Source of the DNA: Bacteroidales bacterium UBA1195
Lineage (GTDB): Bacteria > Bacteroidota > Bacteroidia > Bacteroidales > WCHB1-69
DNA: 64,000 nucleotides
NCBI GenBank assembly: GCA_002309855.1
Contig: DBYD01000031.1
Span: forward strand, 60,723 to 124,722
Direction: 5' to 3'
Shown: positions 15,601 through 25,479 of the stretch, piece by piece
Numbering within the stretch: position 1 is the first letter of the stretch
Layout of the letters: each line of letters begins with the position of its first letter
Made by a program: the position numbers and the translations under genes
The notes under the pieces: generated by a model
Database searches by the model: none
What the model was told of the DNA's origin: nothing
The model's input: only the letters and a program-made list of their open reading frames with translations

Positions 15601-15669
15601 GCATTGCAGGCCAATCGTATTGGAAAAATAATTATTTTTGCAATTTTAAAACGATTACATAAAATCACT

Positions 15670-18600
15670 ATGAATAAAACAGCCAATTTCATCATCTGTC
15701 TGCTCCTGTTCTGCGGAACAGCCACGTTGCAGGCGCAATACCAGTTAATAAACAGTGGGTTCGAATCTTGGGACACAACTGCCAATCCGTTGCCGGAGGG
15801 GTGGAACTCCTATTCTTCGGCCAATTGTAACATCATTGGTTTTCCGCCCAATTATGCGGCGACCATCAAACGGATCATCACTACTACGACGGTACATGAG
15901 CGGACTGCGGGATGTCGTCCGGGCGGCAGCGGAAAAAGTTATCTGACCCTGCAGACCCGGAATGTGAATGCAGGTGGTATAACCATGCCGGTCAGTGGGA
16001 TTGTATGCACCGGCCTGTTCAACATCGGTTCCATCTCCGTCTATACGCCGTTGAACTATTTTTCCACTGAGCGCAATCGTCCTGGTTTTTGCATGCCGCT
16101 CTCCACAACGCCCGATTCGCTATACATCTGGGTTAAATATTACGCTTCCGATCCGGACACATCTCTGGCGCGTTTTGTGGCCTATCTGCATGGGGACACT
16201 GATTTCCAGTATATGAACCATGCTGGCAATAAGTCGCTTTATTGCGGTTATATCCACCATCTGATGGCGCGTACCGATTCGGTCCTGCCGGCAACCCACT
16301 GGGTACAGTTGCGGCTTCCGTTCGTATATGACGGGAAGGCCAAACCGAAATACCTGCTGATGTACATGGCATCCGACTCCTGCATGATGGGCGGGAAAAT
16401 CGGCAACGAGCTATCCGTGGATGATATTGAGCTGGTGTATAACTCATGGTTGAAGGGCATGCTGGTGGACAGCGTGGCAGTGCCGGATTTCAAAAAGGGT
16501 ATCTTCAATTACCAGATAGAGTTGCCATACGGCACCTCCTTGCAGCATGTGCCCTCTGTCCAATGCATCGGAGAGGTGGATGACATCACTGACAGTGTGG
16601 CTTTCTATCCTTCCGCCAACGGTGTGGAGGGAGGACGTTCCGTAATCACTGTGACGGCTGAGGATGGCATTTCCAAGCATACATATACACTGACCTATCA
16701 CATCGCCAAATCCCCGAATGCGCACCTTTCTGTTTTGACCTATGACAAAAAGTCGGTGCCAGGCTTCCGTCGGGACAGCCTCAGCTATGTGGTATGGCTG
16801 GCACCAGGCACCACGGTGCCGCCGGTGGTTGAATGCCAGACGGAGTTTCCGGGCTTGAAGCCGCAGATTACGCAGGCAACCGCTCTTCCAGGCACTGCGA
16901 CCGTGAAGGTGACGGCTGAGGACGGACATACCCAATTGACCTACACAATCAGTTTTATGGTCTCTTTGTCCAAAGACGCTTCCGCCTCCTGGATACGCTA
17001 CAACCAGCAGCTGCTGCCCGGTTTTCATCCTGACAGCCTCAACTATGCGGTGGAACTGCCATACGGCACCGCTTCGGTACAGGTGACGGCCGCCGCCAAC
17101 TGGCCATCGGCAAAGGTTCGTTACATGCAGGTCTCCGCATTTCCCGGCACAGCTACTGTGACCGTGGTGGCGGAGGATACCACCGTCAGGCGGAATTACC
17201 GCATTTTTTTTACGGTGGCCAAAAACAACAATGCCCGTTTGGATTCGCTTTATTATCTGTTGGGGAAAACCAAATGTCTGATACCTTCCTTCCATCCGGA
17301 CAGTATGTTGTATTCCGTTGAACTTCCGGAAAAAAACAAGATTCGTCCGGTGGTTGCCGCTGTGCCGCAGGATGCCCGTGCCAAGGTGCGGGCGGTTTAT
17401 CCGCTCCTGATGGAGGATACGGTGCGGGTGTGGGTGTTGGCGGAAAATGGCAGTGACAGCCTTTGTTACCGGATTGCCTTCCGTGTTCGCAAGGCCACCA
17501 ATGCGCTATTGTCCTCCTTGAAGATTGACGGGAAGCCGTTGGCGAATTTCAAGGATACGGTTTTTGACTATCAGGTGTTGTTGGACAGCAATCTGGTGCC
17601 GATGGTGGAGGCTTTGCCGGCTGATAGCGATGCGCGGGTGCGCATCTTATATCCCACCAATATTCCGGGAACCATCACGGTTACAGTGACAGCGGAGGAT
17701 ACCGGTGTGAAATGTTCATACCGGCTCTATTGCTCCATCCGTCTTTCGGACAATGCGGATCTGATGTCGTTAGGTTACCGGTTGGGGCAAAACTATTATC
17801 CTCTGGAAAACTTCCATAAGGACACGCTCCAATACCATGTGCTTTTGCCGCCTTTCACGACGGTGGCGCCGGTGCTGGTGTGGGTCAAGGCCGATTTTGA
17901 TGCATCCGATACTGTGCGCCAGCCGCTCTCCCCAACAGATTCTGCCTTTGTGCTCGTGGTTTCTGAGAGCGGCAACACATCAAAGAGATATTCGCTTTGG
18001 TTTGATGTTGACTTATCCCGCAATGCAAATTTGGAATCGGTCAGTTATGATGGGAATCCGTTGGCCGGTTTCCATCCGGACAGTGTTTTCTATACGGTGT
18101 GGCTGCATCCTGACACAGTGCATCCGCCGGTTGTGACCGCCCGGGCGGTGCAGGGTGCGGTCGTGCAGATCAGGCAGGCAGTGGCGTTGGGTGACACTGC
18201 ATGGCTGACAGTTAGGGCGCAGGACACCACAGTGGTGAAGAGATATGGGATCCGTTTCCTGCGCAGTCTCTCTTCCGTTTCCACGCTTTCTGCATTCCAT
18301 TACCAGTTGGGTGAAGCCGATTCCTCCGTGGAGATACAGGATGGGGTTACAACCTATATTGTATGGTTGAAGGAAAAGACAACGGCGGTGCCATTCAATT
18401 TCCGTAGTGAGCTTACCGACGGCAGGGCTGCTGTCAAGTATCTGCGTATCCCGTTGTCGGTGAATGATACTGCGGTGGTGCGTGTGCTTGCGGAGGATGG
18501 CGTTTCGGTGACAGCCTATTTTTTTGTGTTCCGGAGAATTCCTTCGGCGGATGCCCTGTTGGATTCCATCTGGGTGAACGGGAGTCCGCTCAAGCACTTT

Positions 18601-19296
18601 CGTCCGGACCGTTTCAGCTATTCCTGCGGGATCTCCACTGCCATGCAGGAACTGCCTGTGGTGTCGGTCCGGCTGGCATGGGAAGCGGATTCGGTCTATG
18701 TCACCCAATCCTCATCGCTTTTCGGCACTGCACAGATCAGGGTTGTGGCGGAGGATGGACAACACTATCACATTTACACTGTGCAATTCCGTCCGTTGAA
18801 CACTGAATCAAGGTTGCAGTCAATTGGGTTGGACGGCGGCTTCCCTGTGCCGCATTTCAATGCGGATGTGAAACGGTATGAAATGTCTTATGGTCCACAA
18901 TTCCCCAAAACGGTGGAGGCTGTGCCTGTGGATTCATTCGCCACGTGGAAATGGGAGGCGGTGGTGCACAGTGATACAATGGATATCAAGGTGCTGTGTA
19001 TGGCGGAAGATACAAATTTCTGGTCGCTGTATTCCGTGCGCATCCATTTGGTAAACGGGGTGGGACAGTATGCGGAGACACCGGTTTCCGTTTATCCCAA
19101 TCCGGCCCATACCATGTTGTATGTCCGTGGGGTGAAAGGGGAGCCGGTCCGGCTGTTTGATATGCAGGGCAGGCTGCTGATGCAGGCGGAGGCTACAGGC
19201 GAAGAGACTATTCAGATGGATGTTTCAGGGCTTCCAAATGGAATTTTCCTGCTGCGCTGCGGACGGCGTGTGGCAAGGTTTGTGGTAGCAAGGTGA
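15670..19296 (+). CDS. T9SS-secreted surface protein: PCMD-like N-domain + 10 cadherin-like beta-sandwich repeats + Por C-terminal sorting domain
   Basis: Signal peptide MNKTANFIICLLLFCGTATLQAQ. Ten ~85-aa repeats (L.S/L....P.F.PD...Y.V.LP.GT...P.V......A.V...QA...PGTATVTVTAEDG....Y.I.F) span ~16447-19070. The C-terminus VSVYPNPAHTMLYVRG...LPNGIFLLRCG is a T9SS CTD. Confidence 0.8.
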   Translation: MNKTANFIICLLLFCGTATLQAQYQLINSGFESWDTTANPLPEGWNSYSSANCNIIGFPPNYAATIKRIITTTTVHERTAGCRPGGSGKSYLTLQTRNVNAGGITMPVSGIVCTGLFNIGSISVYTPLNYFSTERNRPGFCMPLSTTPDSLYIWVKYYASDPDTSLARFVAYLHGDTDFQYMNHAGNKSLYCGYIHHLMARTDSVLPATHWVQLRLPFVYDGKAKPKYLLMYMASDSCMMGGKIGNELSVDDIELVYNSWLKGMLVDSVAVPDFKKGIFNYQIELPYGTSLQHVPSVQCIGEVDDITDSVAFYPSANGVEGGRSVITVTAEDGISKHTYTLTYHIAKSPNAHLSVLTYDKKSVPGFRRDSLSYVVWLAPGTTVPPVVECQTEFPGLKPQITQATALPGTATVKVTAEDGHTQLTYTISFMVSLSKDASASWIRYNQQLLPGFHPDSLNYAVELPYGTASVQVTAAANWPSAKVRYMQVSAFPGTATVTVVAEDTTVRRNYRIFFTVAKNNNARLDSLYYLLGKTKCLIPSFHPDSMLYSVELPEKNKIRPVVAAVPQDARAKVRAVYPLLMEDTVRVWVLAENGSDSLCYRIAFRVRKATNALLSSLKIDGKPLANFKDTVFDYQVLLDSNLVPMVEALPADSDARVRILYPTNIPGTITVTVTAEDTGVKCSYRLYCSIRLSDNADLMSLGYRLGQNYYPLENFHKDTLQYHVLLPPFTTVAPVLVWVKADFDASDTVRQPLSPTDSAFVLVVSESGNTSKRYSLWFDVDLSRNANLESVSYDGNPLAGFHPDSVFYTVWLHPDTVHPPVVTARAVQGAVVQIRQAVALGDTAWLTVRAQDTTVVKRYGIRFLRSLSSVSTLSAFHYQLGEADSSVEIQDGVTTYIVWLKEKTTAVPFNFRSELTDGRAAVKYLRIPLSVNDTAVVRVLAEDGVSVTAYFFVFRRIPSADALLDSIWVNGSPLKHFRPDRFSYSCGISTAMQELPVVSVRLAWEADSVYVTQSSSLFGTAQIRVVAEDGQHYHIYTVQFRPLNTESRLQSIGLDGGFPVPHFNADVKRYEMSYGPQFPKTVEAVPVDSFATWKWEAVVHSDTMDIKVLCMAEDTNFWSLYSVRIHLVNGVGQYAETPVSVYPNPAHTMLYVRGVKGEPVRLFDMQGRLLMQAEATGEETIQMDVSGLPNGIFLLRCGRRVARFVVAR

Positions 19297-19300
19297 AGGA

Positions 19301-19341
19301 ATAGTTGATAGTTGATAGTTTAGAGTTAATAGTTAATAGTT
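19301..19341. repeat. Heptanucleotide tandem repeat (about 6 units of ATAGTTG-like)
   Basis: ATAGTTG ATAGTTG ATAGTTT AGAGTTA ATAGTTA ATAGTTG lies between the T9SS cargo stop and the recX start. Confidence 0.7.
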
Positions 19342-19807
19342 GGAAGTGGAGGGGGTGGCATTTCAGCAGGCGTTGCAGAAGGCGGAGAAGTTCTGCGCTT
19401 ATCAGGAGCGGAGCCAGCAGGAGGTGCGCAGGCGGCTGCGTGCATGGAAAGTCGGGGAGAGCGATGCTGAGGCTGTGATTGCGGAGCTGATTGCCCGGAA
19501 TTTCCTAAGCGAGGCGCGGTATGCGGCGGCATTTGTCTCCGGACACTACCGCATCAAGCGTTGGGGAAGGCTGAAAATTGCAGCCGCGTTGAGGCAGGAG
19601 GGAGTTACGGAGCGTTGCGTCCTGGCCGCTTTTGAGGAGACCGACTTTTCCGATTATCAGGAAACCATCCGCAAGGTGGCCGAAGGCTGGCGCAAATGCC
19701 ATCCTGATGTGCCGCCTGAAGCTGTGAGGTGGAAATTGCGCTCCTATCTGTTCGGACGGGGTTTTGAAACGGACGAAATCAGTGGGGTGGAAGAGATGAT
19801 CCGGTGA
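19340..19807 (+). CDS. recX: Regulatory protein RecX
   Basis: ALQKAEKFCAYQERSQQEVRRRL and repeated three-helix units are typical of RecX. The longest ORF starts at TTG 19340; the true start is uncertain. Confidence 0.75.
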   Translation: MEVEGVAFQQALQKAEKFCAYQERSQQEVRRRLRAWKVGESDAEAVIAELIARNFLSEARYAAAFVSGHYRIKRWGRLKIAAALRQEGVTERCVLAAFEETDFSDYQETIRKVAEGWRKCHPDVPPEAVRWKLRSYLFGRGFETDEISGVEEMIR

Positions 19808-19827
19808 AAGCCGGATTTTTTTTTTTT
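19799..19827 (+). terminator. Rho-independent terminator after recX
   Basis: ATCCGG-TGAAAG-CCGGAT (6-bp stem) is followed by T12 at 19816-19827. The recX stop codon lies in the loop. Confidence 0.6.
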
Positions 19828-19906
19828 CTTAAAATGCAATTGCATACAAATTTTATATCTATCTTTGCTTTTTGGTTTTTGTGTTTACGAACAAAAGGAA
19901 TCGTTT

Positions 19907-20260
19907 ATGGAAGACAACAGAAGAAAAGAGGGTAAAGAATTGGTTTCTAAGTCTGTAAAGGCTGGAAAAAGGACCTATTTCTTTGACATGAAGGAGACAC
20001 GGTATGGTGAGCATTATTTGGTGATTGCGGAAAGCAAACGCCATTTTGATGAAGAAAAGGGTCATTTTTTCTATGAGAAACACAAAATTTTCCTTCACGT
20101 GCAGGATTTGGAGAAGTTTTCAAACTGTCTGGAGGAGATGAATGCGTATGCCAAAGACAATTTCTCCGATGAGGAGCTGCATCCCTTCTATCCGGAATCG
20201 GATGCGTCCGATGCTGTAAGGAATGCTGAGGCCGATGACTTTGATTTCTTTGACAAATAA
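19907..20260 (+). CDS. PUR-alpha-like DNA/RNA-binding protein (DUF3276 family)
   Basis: SKSVKAGKRTYFFDMKETRYGEHYLVIAESKRHFDEEKGHFFYEKHKIFL matches the bacterial Pur-repeat family. ATG 19907 is preferred over the longer non-conserved extension. A TATCTTTG -7 box lies upstream at ~19857-19864. Confidence 0.7.
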   Translation: MEDNRRKEGKELVSKSVKAGKRTYFFDMKETRYGEHYLVIAESKRHFDEEKGHFFYEKHKIFLHVQDLEKFSNCLEEMNAYAKDNFSDEELHPFYPESDASDAVRNAEADDFDFFDK

Positions 20261-20849
20261 AATCTTTTCCGGAAAACCGGTGCTGCTTGTGCTGGTGTGC
20301 CGGATGTTCACTATGGCTGGGGTAATGGCCCAGTCCATATCGGATTCCGATATTAGTCAGGATTTTTTTTATTGTCAGGATGACAAGCTTTTTCGTGTAG
20401 TTAATTCAACTGATACTTTAAGTTATTCAGCCCGTCTGCAAGGGGGTATCACTGATTTTGACGCATCCAATCCGTTCAAGATTCTGGTCTTTTCCGCCCC
20501 ATTTCAGAAAATCTATTACCTCAACCACCGGCTGACACCCTTGTCAGAGGAATGCCTCCTGAGTGATTTGGGGTTGGGCGAGGTTACTTGTGCCTGTGCC
20601 TCCAAACAGGGAGGGTTTTGGGTGTTTGACCGTTGGAACGGTGTGCTGATCCGTTTTGACGGTCAGATGCAACGGGTGGTTTCCAGTGAGAGTTTCAGTC
20701 TGCTGGGGTTACAGCAGGCCGAGCCGGTAAAAATCCGTGAGGTGGGCAATCAGATGTATGTATGCTGTAGGGAATCGGGCGGCTATCGCTTTGACCTTTT
20801 CGGAAACTATATCGGCCCGGATCCCGCAATGCGTCCGGAGGATTTCTAG
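20235..20849 (+). CDS. Hypothetical secreted protein
   Basis: Signal-like N-terminus (KIFSGKPVLLVLVCRMFTMAGVMAQS). Overlaps the preceding gene end. No family recognised. Confidence 0.5.
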   Translation: MTLISLTNKIFSGKPVLLVLVCRMFTMAGVMAQSISDSDISQDFFYCQDDKLFRVVNSTDTLSYSARLQGGITDFDASNPFKILVFSAPFQKIYYLNHRLTPLSEECLLSDLGLGEVTCACASKQGGFWVFDRWNGVLIRFDGQMQRVVSSESFSLLGLQQAEPVKIREVGNQMYVCCRESGGYRFDLFGNYIGPDPAMRPEDF

Positions 20850-23800
20850 GCTTTTGCCAGTTCAACACATACTTTCAGGGTGTCGGTCAGATCGATGGTC
20901 GTGCCGGTTTGCAGTCCATCCACAAGACTCATGGCAGTGCAGAGAGTTTCGTTGCAGATGTACTGCCGGTGGTTATCCAGCACATCCTGCAATTCAGCAT
21001 TTGCGGTCAGGGATACACTGATGCGGTCTGTGACGGCCAAGTTTGTCTCTTTGCGCAGGTTCTGGAGCCTGTTGACCAGTTCGCGGGCGATGCCTTCGCG
21101 CCGCAGTTCCGGCGTTACGTTGGTGTCCAGAGCAACTGTCAGCTGGTCGGATGAGGCCACCACCCAGCCCGGAATGTCCTCGGTGCTGATTTCAACATCT
21201 TCCATGTTCAGTGTCACCTCCTGCTCTTCAATGGTGAACCGGTATTCGCCTGTCTGCTCCATCCGGTTGATTTCAGCCTGTGTGAATTGGGCGATGCGGC
21301 CGGCGATGGCCTTCATGATCTTCCCGTATTTCGGCCCCAATGTCTTGAAATTCGGCTTTATGCTCTTGGTAAGGACATCATTGTCCGGACTAAGGAATTC
21401 CATCTCCTTGATGTTGGTTTCAGCCAGTATCAGGTGCTGGACTTTTTCAATCTGCTCCTTCATGTGGCTGCTGCTGACCGGAATCATCACTTTGGCGAGC
21501 GGCTGGCGCACTTTAAGCGTGTGCCGTTTGCGCAGCGAAAGGATTAAAGAGGAGATTTCCTGTGCAAGACGCATCTGCTCTTCAAGGTTTTCATCCACAA
21601 ATGATTTGTCCGCCTTCGGGAAATCGGTCAGGTGGATGGAGCCGTGTCTCTCTTTTCCGGTCATCCCGTTGAGGGCGCGGAAGATCTGTTCGGAGAAGAA
21701 AGGCGCGATGGGGGCGATAAGCTTCATCACTGTAATCAGGCAGGTGTACAGAGTCTGGTAGGCGGAAATCTTGTCCTCGTTGTACTCGCCTTTCCAGAAA
21801 CGGCGGCGGCAGAGCCTCACATACCAGTTGCTCAGGTACAGGTCCACAAAGTTCTGGATCTTCAGGCCGGCCTTTCGCGGCTCGTAGTCCTGATAATCGG
21901 CATCCACCTGCCCGATCAGCGTGTGCAGCTCGGAAAGGATCCAACGGTCGATTTCAGGCCGTTCCTCTATCGGAATGTCAGGTTCGCGGTAGCTGAAACC
22001 GTCAATGTTTGCGTATCCTGCAAAGAACTTGTAGGTATTGAACAGCGTGCCGAAGAAGGTGCGCTTGACCTCATCGATGCCCGCCTCGTCAAAACGCAGG
22101 TTCTCCCAGGGCTGCGAGGCTGTAATCATATACCAGCGGGTGGCGTCCGGTCCGTGTTTGGCCAGTATCTCGAACGGGTCTACGGCATTCCCTAACCGTT
22201 TTGACATCTTGTTCCCGTTCTTGTCAAGAACAAGCCCGTTGGAAATCACTGTCTTATATGCTACTGAGTCGAACATCATCGTGGCGATGGCATGTAGTGT
22301 GAAAAACCATCCGCGTGTCTGGTCAACCCCCTCGGCGATGAAATCTGCCGGGAAAAGTTTTCCTGATTCGATCTCCTCTTTGTTTTCAAACGGGTAGTGC
22401 ATCTGTGCGTATGGCATGGCGCCCGAATCGAACCAGACATCAATCAGGTCGGGTTCGCGGTACATCGGCTTTCCGCTGTCGGAGACAAGCACCACCTTGT
22501 CAATGTAGGGGCGGTGCAGGTCGTATTTTTCTTTCCTGTAAGTGTTTTCATCCATCAGTCCGGCTTTGATCGCCTTGTCAATCTCCTGTTGCAGTTCGGC
22601 CACGGATCCGATGCAGCGCTCCTCCTTTCCGTCCTTGGTGCGCCAGATGGGCAGGGGAGTTCCCCAGTAGCGTGAACGGGAGAGGTTCCAGTCAACCAGA
22701 TTTTCAAGCCAGTTTCCGAATCGTCCGCTTCCGGTCGCCTCGGGTTTCCACCGGATGGTTTTGTTCAGTTCAATCATCCGATCCTTCAGTGCGGTGGTGC
22801 GTATGAACCAGCTGTCCAACGGGTAATAGAGCACAGGCTTGTCGGTGCGCCAGCAGTGCGGGTAGGAGTGTGTGTGCTTTTCGATCTTGAAGACTTTGTT
22901 TTCGTTCTTTAAGGCGATACAGAGGCGGATGTCGATGTTCTCCGCCTTTTGCGCCGCCTTCTCGTCATATTTTCCGTCAACTGTGAACTGCGGGTCGTAG
23001 GCGTTTTTGACAAACTGTCCCTCGAAGACGCTGTAAGCCTCCTTTTGTACAAACTGTGCCACAAAGTCTTCACGTAACTCTTCTGTTTTCCAGAACTTTC
23101 CCTTCAGGTCGACCATGGGGCGCGGTTCGTCTTTGAGGTTGATCATGAACAGGGAGGGGATGCCGGACAGTCTTGCCACTTTGGCGTCGTCCGCGCCGAA
23201 GGTCGGGGCGATGTGCACAATGCCGGTTCCGTCCTCCGTGGTCACGTAGTCGCCCGGAATAACGCGGAATGCCTCGGCGGACTTGTCGGTGATTTTTCCC
23301 TCCACAATTTCGCAGGGCTTCACCCACGGGAAAAGCTGCTCGTAATGGATTCCGAGAAGTTCGCTGCCCTTGTAATGTCCGATGACACGGTAGGGGATTA
23401 TTTTGTCTTCCTTGTCAAAAACCATTTCCTTTTCAGCACCTTGCGGGTTGAAATAGGCGTTCAGCCTGGCCTCCGCCATAAGGCAGAGCATTGGGGTGCC
23501 ATGGTAAGGCTGGAAGGTCTCCACCGCCACATATCCGATTTTCGGTCCCACACAGAGTGCGGTGTTTGATGGCAGTGTCCATGGAGTGGTTGTCCATGCC
23601 AGAATAAAGAAGTCCTTTGCAAAAGCAGGGTCGGCCTTGGCGTAGATTTCATCCAGCACAGGATGCGGCTCCCTGCGCACGCGGAACTGTGCGGTGCAGG
23701 TGGTGTCCTTCACGTCGCGGTAGCAGCCGGGCATGTTCAGCTCGTGGGAGCTCAGTCCGGTTCCGGCGGCGGGGGAGTATGGCTGGATGGTGTAGCCCTT

Positions 23801-24325
23801 GTATAGCAGCCCTTTCTTATATATTTCCGAAAGCAGGTGCCAGAGGGTCTCAATGTATTCGTTCTCAAAGGTGATGTATGGATTCTCCAGGTCGACCCAA
23901 TAGCCCATCTTCACTGTCAGGTCGTCCCATAGATCCTTGTATTTCATCACTTCCTGTCTGCACGCGCGGTTGTAGTCGTCCACTGAAATCTTTTTGCCGA
24001 TATCCTCCTTGGTGATGCCGAGGTTCTTTTCCACTCCAAGTTCCACAGGCAGTCCGTGTGTGTCCCAGCCGGCCTTGCGCTGCACATAGAATCCTTTCTG
24101 TGTCTTATAGCGGCAGAAAATGTCCTTCAGGGTGCGCGCCATCATGTGGTGGATGCCCGGTTTGCCGTTGGCGGAAGGGGGGCCTTCATAAAAAATAAAG
24201 GGGGGCTCACCTTCACGCAGCTCCATGCTTTTGTGGAAAGTTTTGTCATTCTCCCAAAAACGGAGAATGTCCTTGGCGGTCTCAACAAGGTTAAGGTCCT
24301 TGTATTCAGTGTATTTTTTGTCCAT
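20846..24325 (-). CDS. ileS: Isoleucine--tRNA ligase
   Basis: Class I aaRS motifs: GPPSANGKPGIHH (HIGH-type) and NKMSKRLGN (KMSKS). About 1159 aa from MDKKYTEYKDL at ATG 24325. The longer track ORF adds 30 non-conserved codons. Confidence 0.95.
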   Translation of the reverse strand: MDKKYTEYKDLNLVETAKDILRFWENDKTFHKSMELREGEPPFIFYEGPPSANGKPGIHHMMARTLKDIFCRYKTQKGFYVQRKAGWDTHGLPVELGVEKNLGITKEDIGKKISVDDYNRACRQEVMKYKDLWDDLTVKMGYWVDLENPYITFENEYIETLWHLLSEIYKKGLLYKGYTIQPYSPAAGTGLSSHELNMPGCYRDVKDTTCTAQFRVRREPHPVLDEIYAKADPAFAKDFFILAWTTTPWTLPSNTALCVGPKIGYVAVETFQPYHGTPMLCLMAEARLNAYFNPQGAEKEMVFDKEDKIIPYRVIGHYKGSELLGIHYEQLFPWVKPCEIVEGKITDKSAEAFRVIPGDYVTTEDGTGIVHIAPTFGADDAKVARLSGIPSLFMINLKDEPRPMVDLKGKFWKTEELREDFVAQFVQKEAYSVFEGQFVKNAYDPQFTVDGKYDEKAAQKAENIDIRLCIALKNENKVFKIEKHTHSYPHCWRTDKPVLYYPLDSWFIRTTALKDRMIELNKTIRWKPEATGSGRFGNWLENLVDWNLSRSRYWGTPLPIWRTKDGKEERCIGSVAELQQEIDKAIKAGLMDENTYRKEKYDLHRPYIDKVVLVSDSGKPMYREPDLIDVWFDSGAMPYAQMHYPFENKEEIESGKLFPADFIAEGVDQTRGWFFTLHAIATMMFDSVAYKTVISNGLVLDKNGNKMSKRLGNAVDPFEILAKHGPDATRWYMITASQPWENLRFDEAGIDEVKRTFFGTLFNTYKFFAGYANIDGFSYREPDIPIEERPEIDRWILSELHTLIGQVDADYQDYEPRKAGLKIQNFVDLYLSNWYVRLCRRRFWKGEYNEDKISAYQTLYTCLITVMKLIAPIAPFFSEQIFRALNGMTGKERHGSIHLTDFPKADKSFVDENLEEQMRLAQEISSLILSLRKRHTLKVRQPLAKVMIPVSSSHMKEQIEKVQHLILAETNIKEMEFLSPDNDVLTKSIKPNFKTLGPKYGKIMKAIAGRIAQFTQAEINRMEQTGEYRFTIEEQEVTLNMEDVEISTEDIPGWVVASSDQLTVALDTNVTPELRREGIARELVNRLQNLRKETNLAVTDRISVSLTANAELQDVLDNHRQYICNETLCTAMSLVDGLQTGTTIDLTDTLKVCVELAKA

Positions 24326-24508
24326 CAGTAGAATATTAACAAAACTTGCAAAGTTCCGAAAAAAAAAGATATGTTTGTCCCATTGAATCATTTTTTTTCT
24401 TTTTCCTGAATCCAACGTGGATTTTCCCTACGAAAAAGTGGCTGCAAAATGCCTGTGATAATCCGAAATGTTGTACTTTTGCAGTTTGTTTAAATTTTGG
24501 AATCTGTG

Positions 24509-25477
24509 ATGGCATTACAATCAATAGCAGGGGATTTGGAGCAGTTTGAGCGGCAGTTTGCCAGCCAGCTGGATGATCGCGAACCTGCGATACGTTTTCT
24601 GTTGCAGTATCTGGCCGGGCAGCATGCGGGGCGTTTGCGTCCGAAAGTGCTGCTGCTGGCTGCCGGCATGCAGGGTGGGACAGGTCCGGAAAGCGGACGT
24701 ATGGCGTTGCTGGTGGAGCTGCTGCATCTGGCATCGCTCATTCATGACGATGTCATAGACAATGCGGCGGAACGCAGGAACCAACAGACAGTCAATGCGG
24801 TATGGGATAACAAAATTGCGGTTTTGCTTGGGGATTACCTTTTGTCAAAGGTTCTTGGCCTGATGCAGGAGTCCTCCTTGCCCGGATTGCTGGAGCGTGT
24901 AAGTTCGACTGTACAGCAGCTGACTTCCGGTGAAATCACCCAGTTGTCGCAATACAACAACCTGGATTTGTCGGAATCTGACTACATCCGTATTGTTTCA
25001 CTCAAGACCGCCTCGCTGCTTGAAACCTCTTTCCGTCTGGGTGCCTTGTCAGCCGGAGCGGATATGGTACAGGAGGCGGCCTATGGCAGTTTCGGACAGC
25101 GTTTCGGCCTCTTTTTCCAATTAAAGGATGACTTGAAGGATTATGCTGTAACTTCTGATGGAAAAGGAATTTACAATGATATTAGGGAAGGGAATGTAAC
25201 TTTGCCGGTAATCTATACAATGCAGTCTCTCTGCATGACGGAACGGGCAGACTTCCGTCGCCGGTATCTGCAGGTCGGGAAAAGTGAGCAGGATTTGTCA
25301 GCCATTGCCGGGACTGTAAGGCAGTGCGGAGCTTTGGCCCATGCATGTGGTCAGTTGCGGCAGATGGAGGAGGAGCTCCTGCAGGACTGCGCACACTTTC
25401 CCGCTTCACCTTACCGTGATGATTTGGAACATGTTATCCGTGAAACCGGAGATTGTGGTCCTATATTGAAATTTTGA
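24509..25477 (+). CDS. Polyprenyl diphosphate synthase (long-chain, IspB-like)
   Basis: Two Asp-rich motifs: LIHDDVIDNAAERR and FQLKDDLKD. ATG 24509 is used because the track start is a TTG. A TACTTTTG -7 box lies at ~24473-24480. Confidence 0.85.
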   Translation: MALQSIAGDLEQFERQFASQLDDREPAIRFLLQYLAGQHAGRLRPKVLLLAAGMQGGTGPESGRMALLVELLHLASLIHDDVIDNAAERRNQQTVNAVWDNKIAVLLGDYLLSKVLGLMQESSLPGLLERVSSTVQQLTSGEITQLSQYNNLDLSESDYIRIVSLKTASLLETSFRLGALSAGADMVQEAAYGSFGQRFGLFFQLKDDLKDYAVTSDGKGIYNDIREGNVTLPVIYTMQSLCMTERADFRRRYLQVGKSEQDLSAIAGTVRQCGALAHACGQLRQMEEELLQDCAHFPASPYRDDLEHVIRETGDCGPILKF

Positions 25478-25479
25478 AT

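Noticed and set aside
20880-22397. Plus-strand ORFs of 187-293 aa antisense to ileS
   Set aside because: They lie entirely within the well-supported ileS gene on the other strand, and their Ser/Arg-rich composition is implausible.
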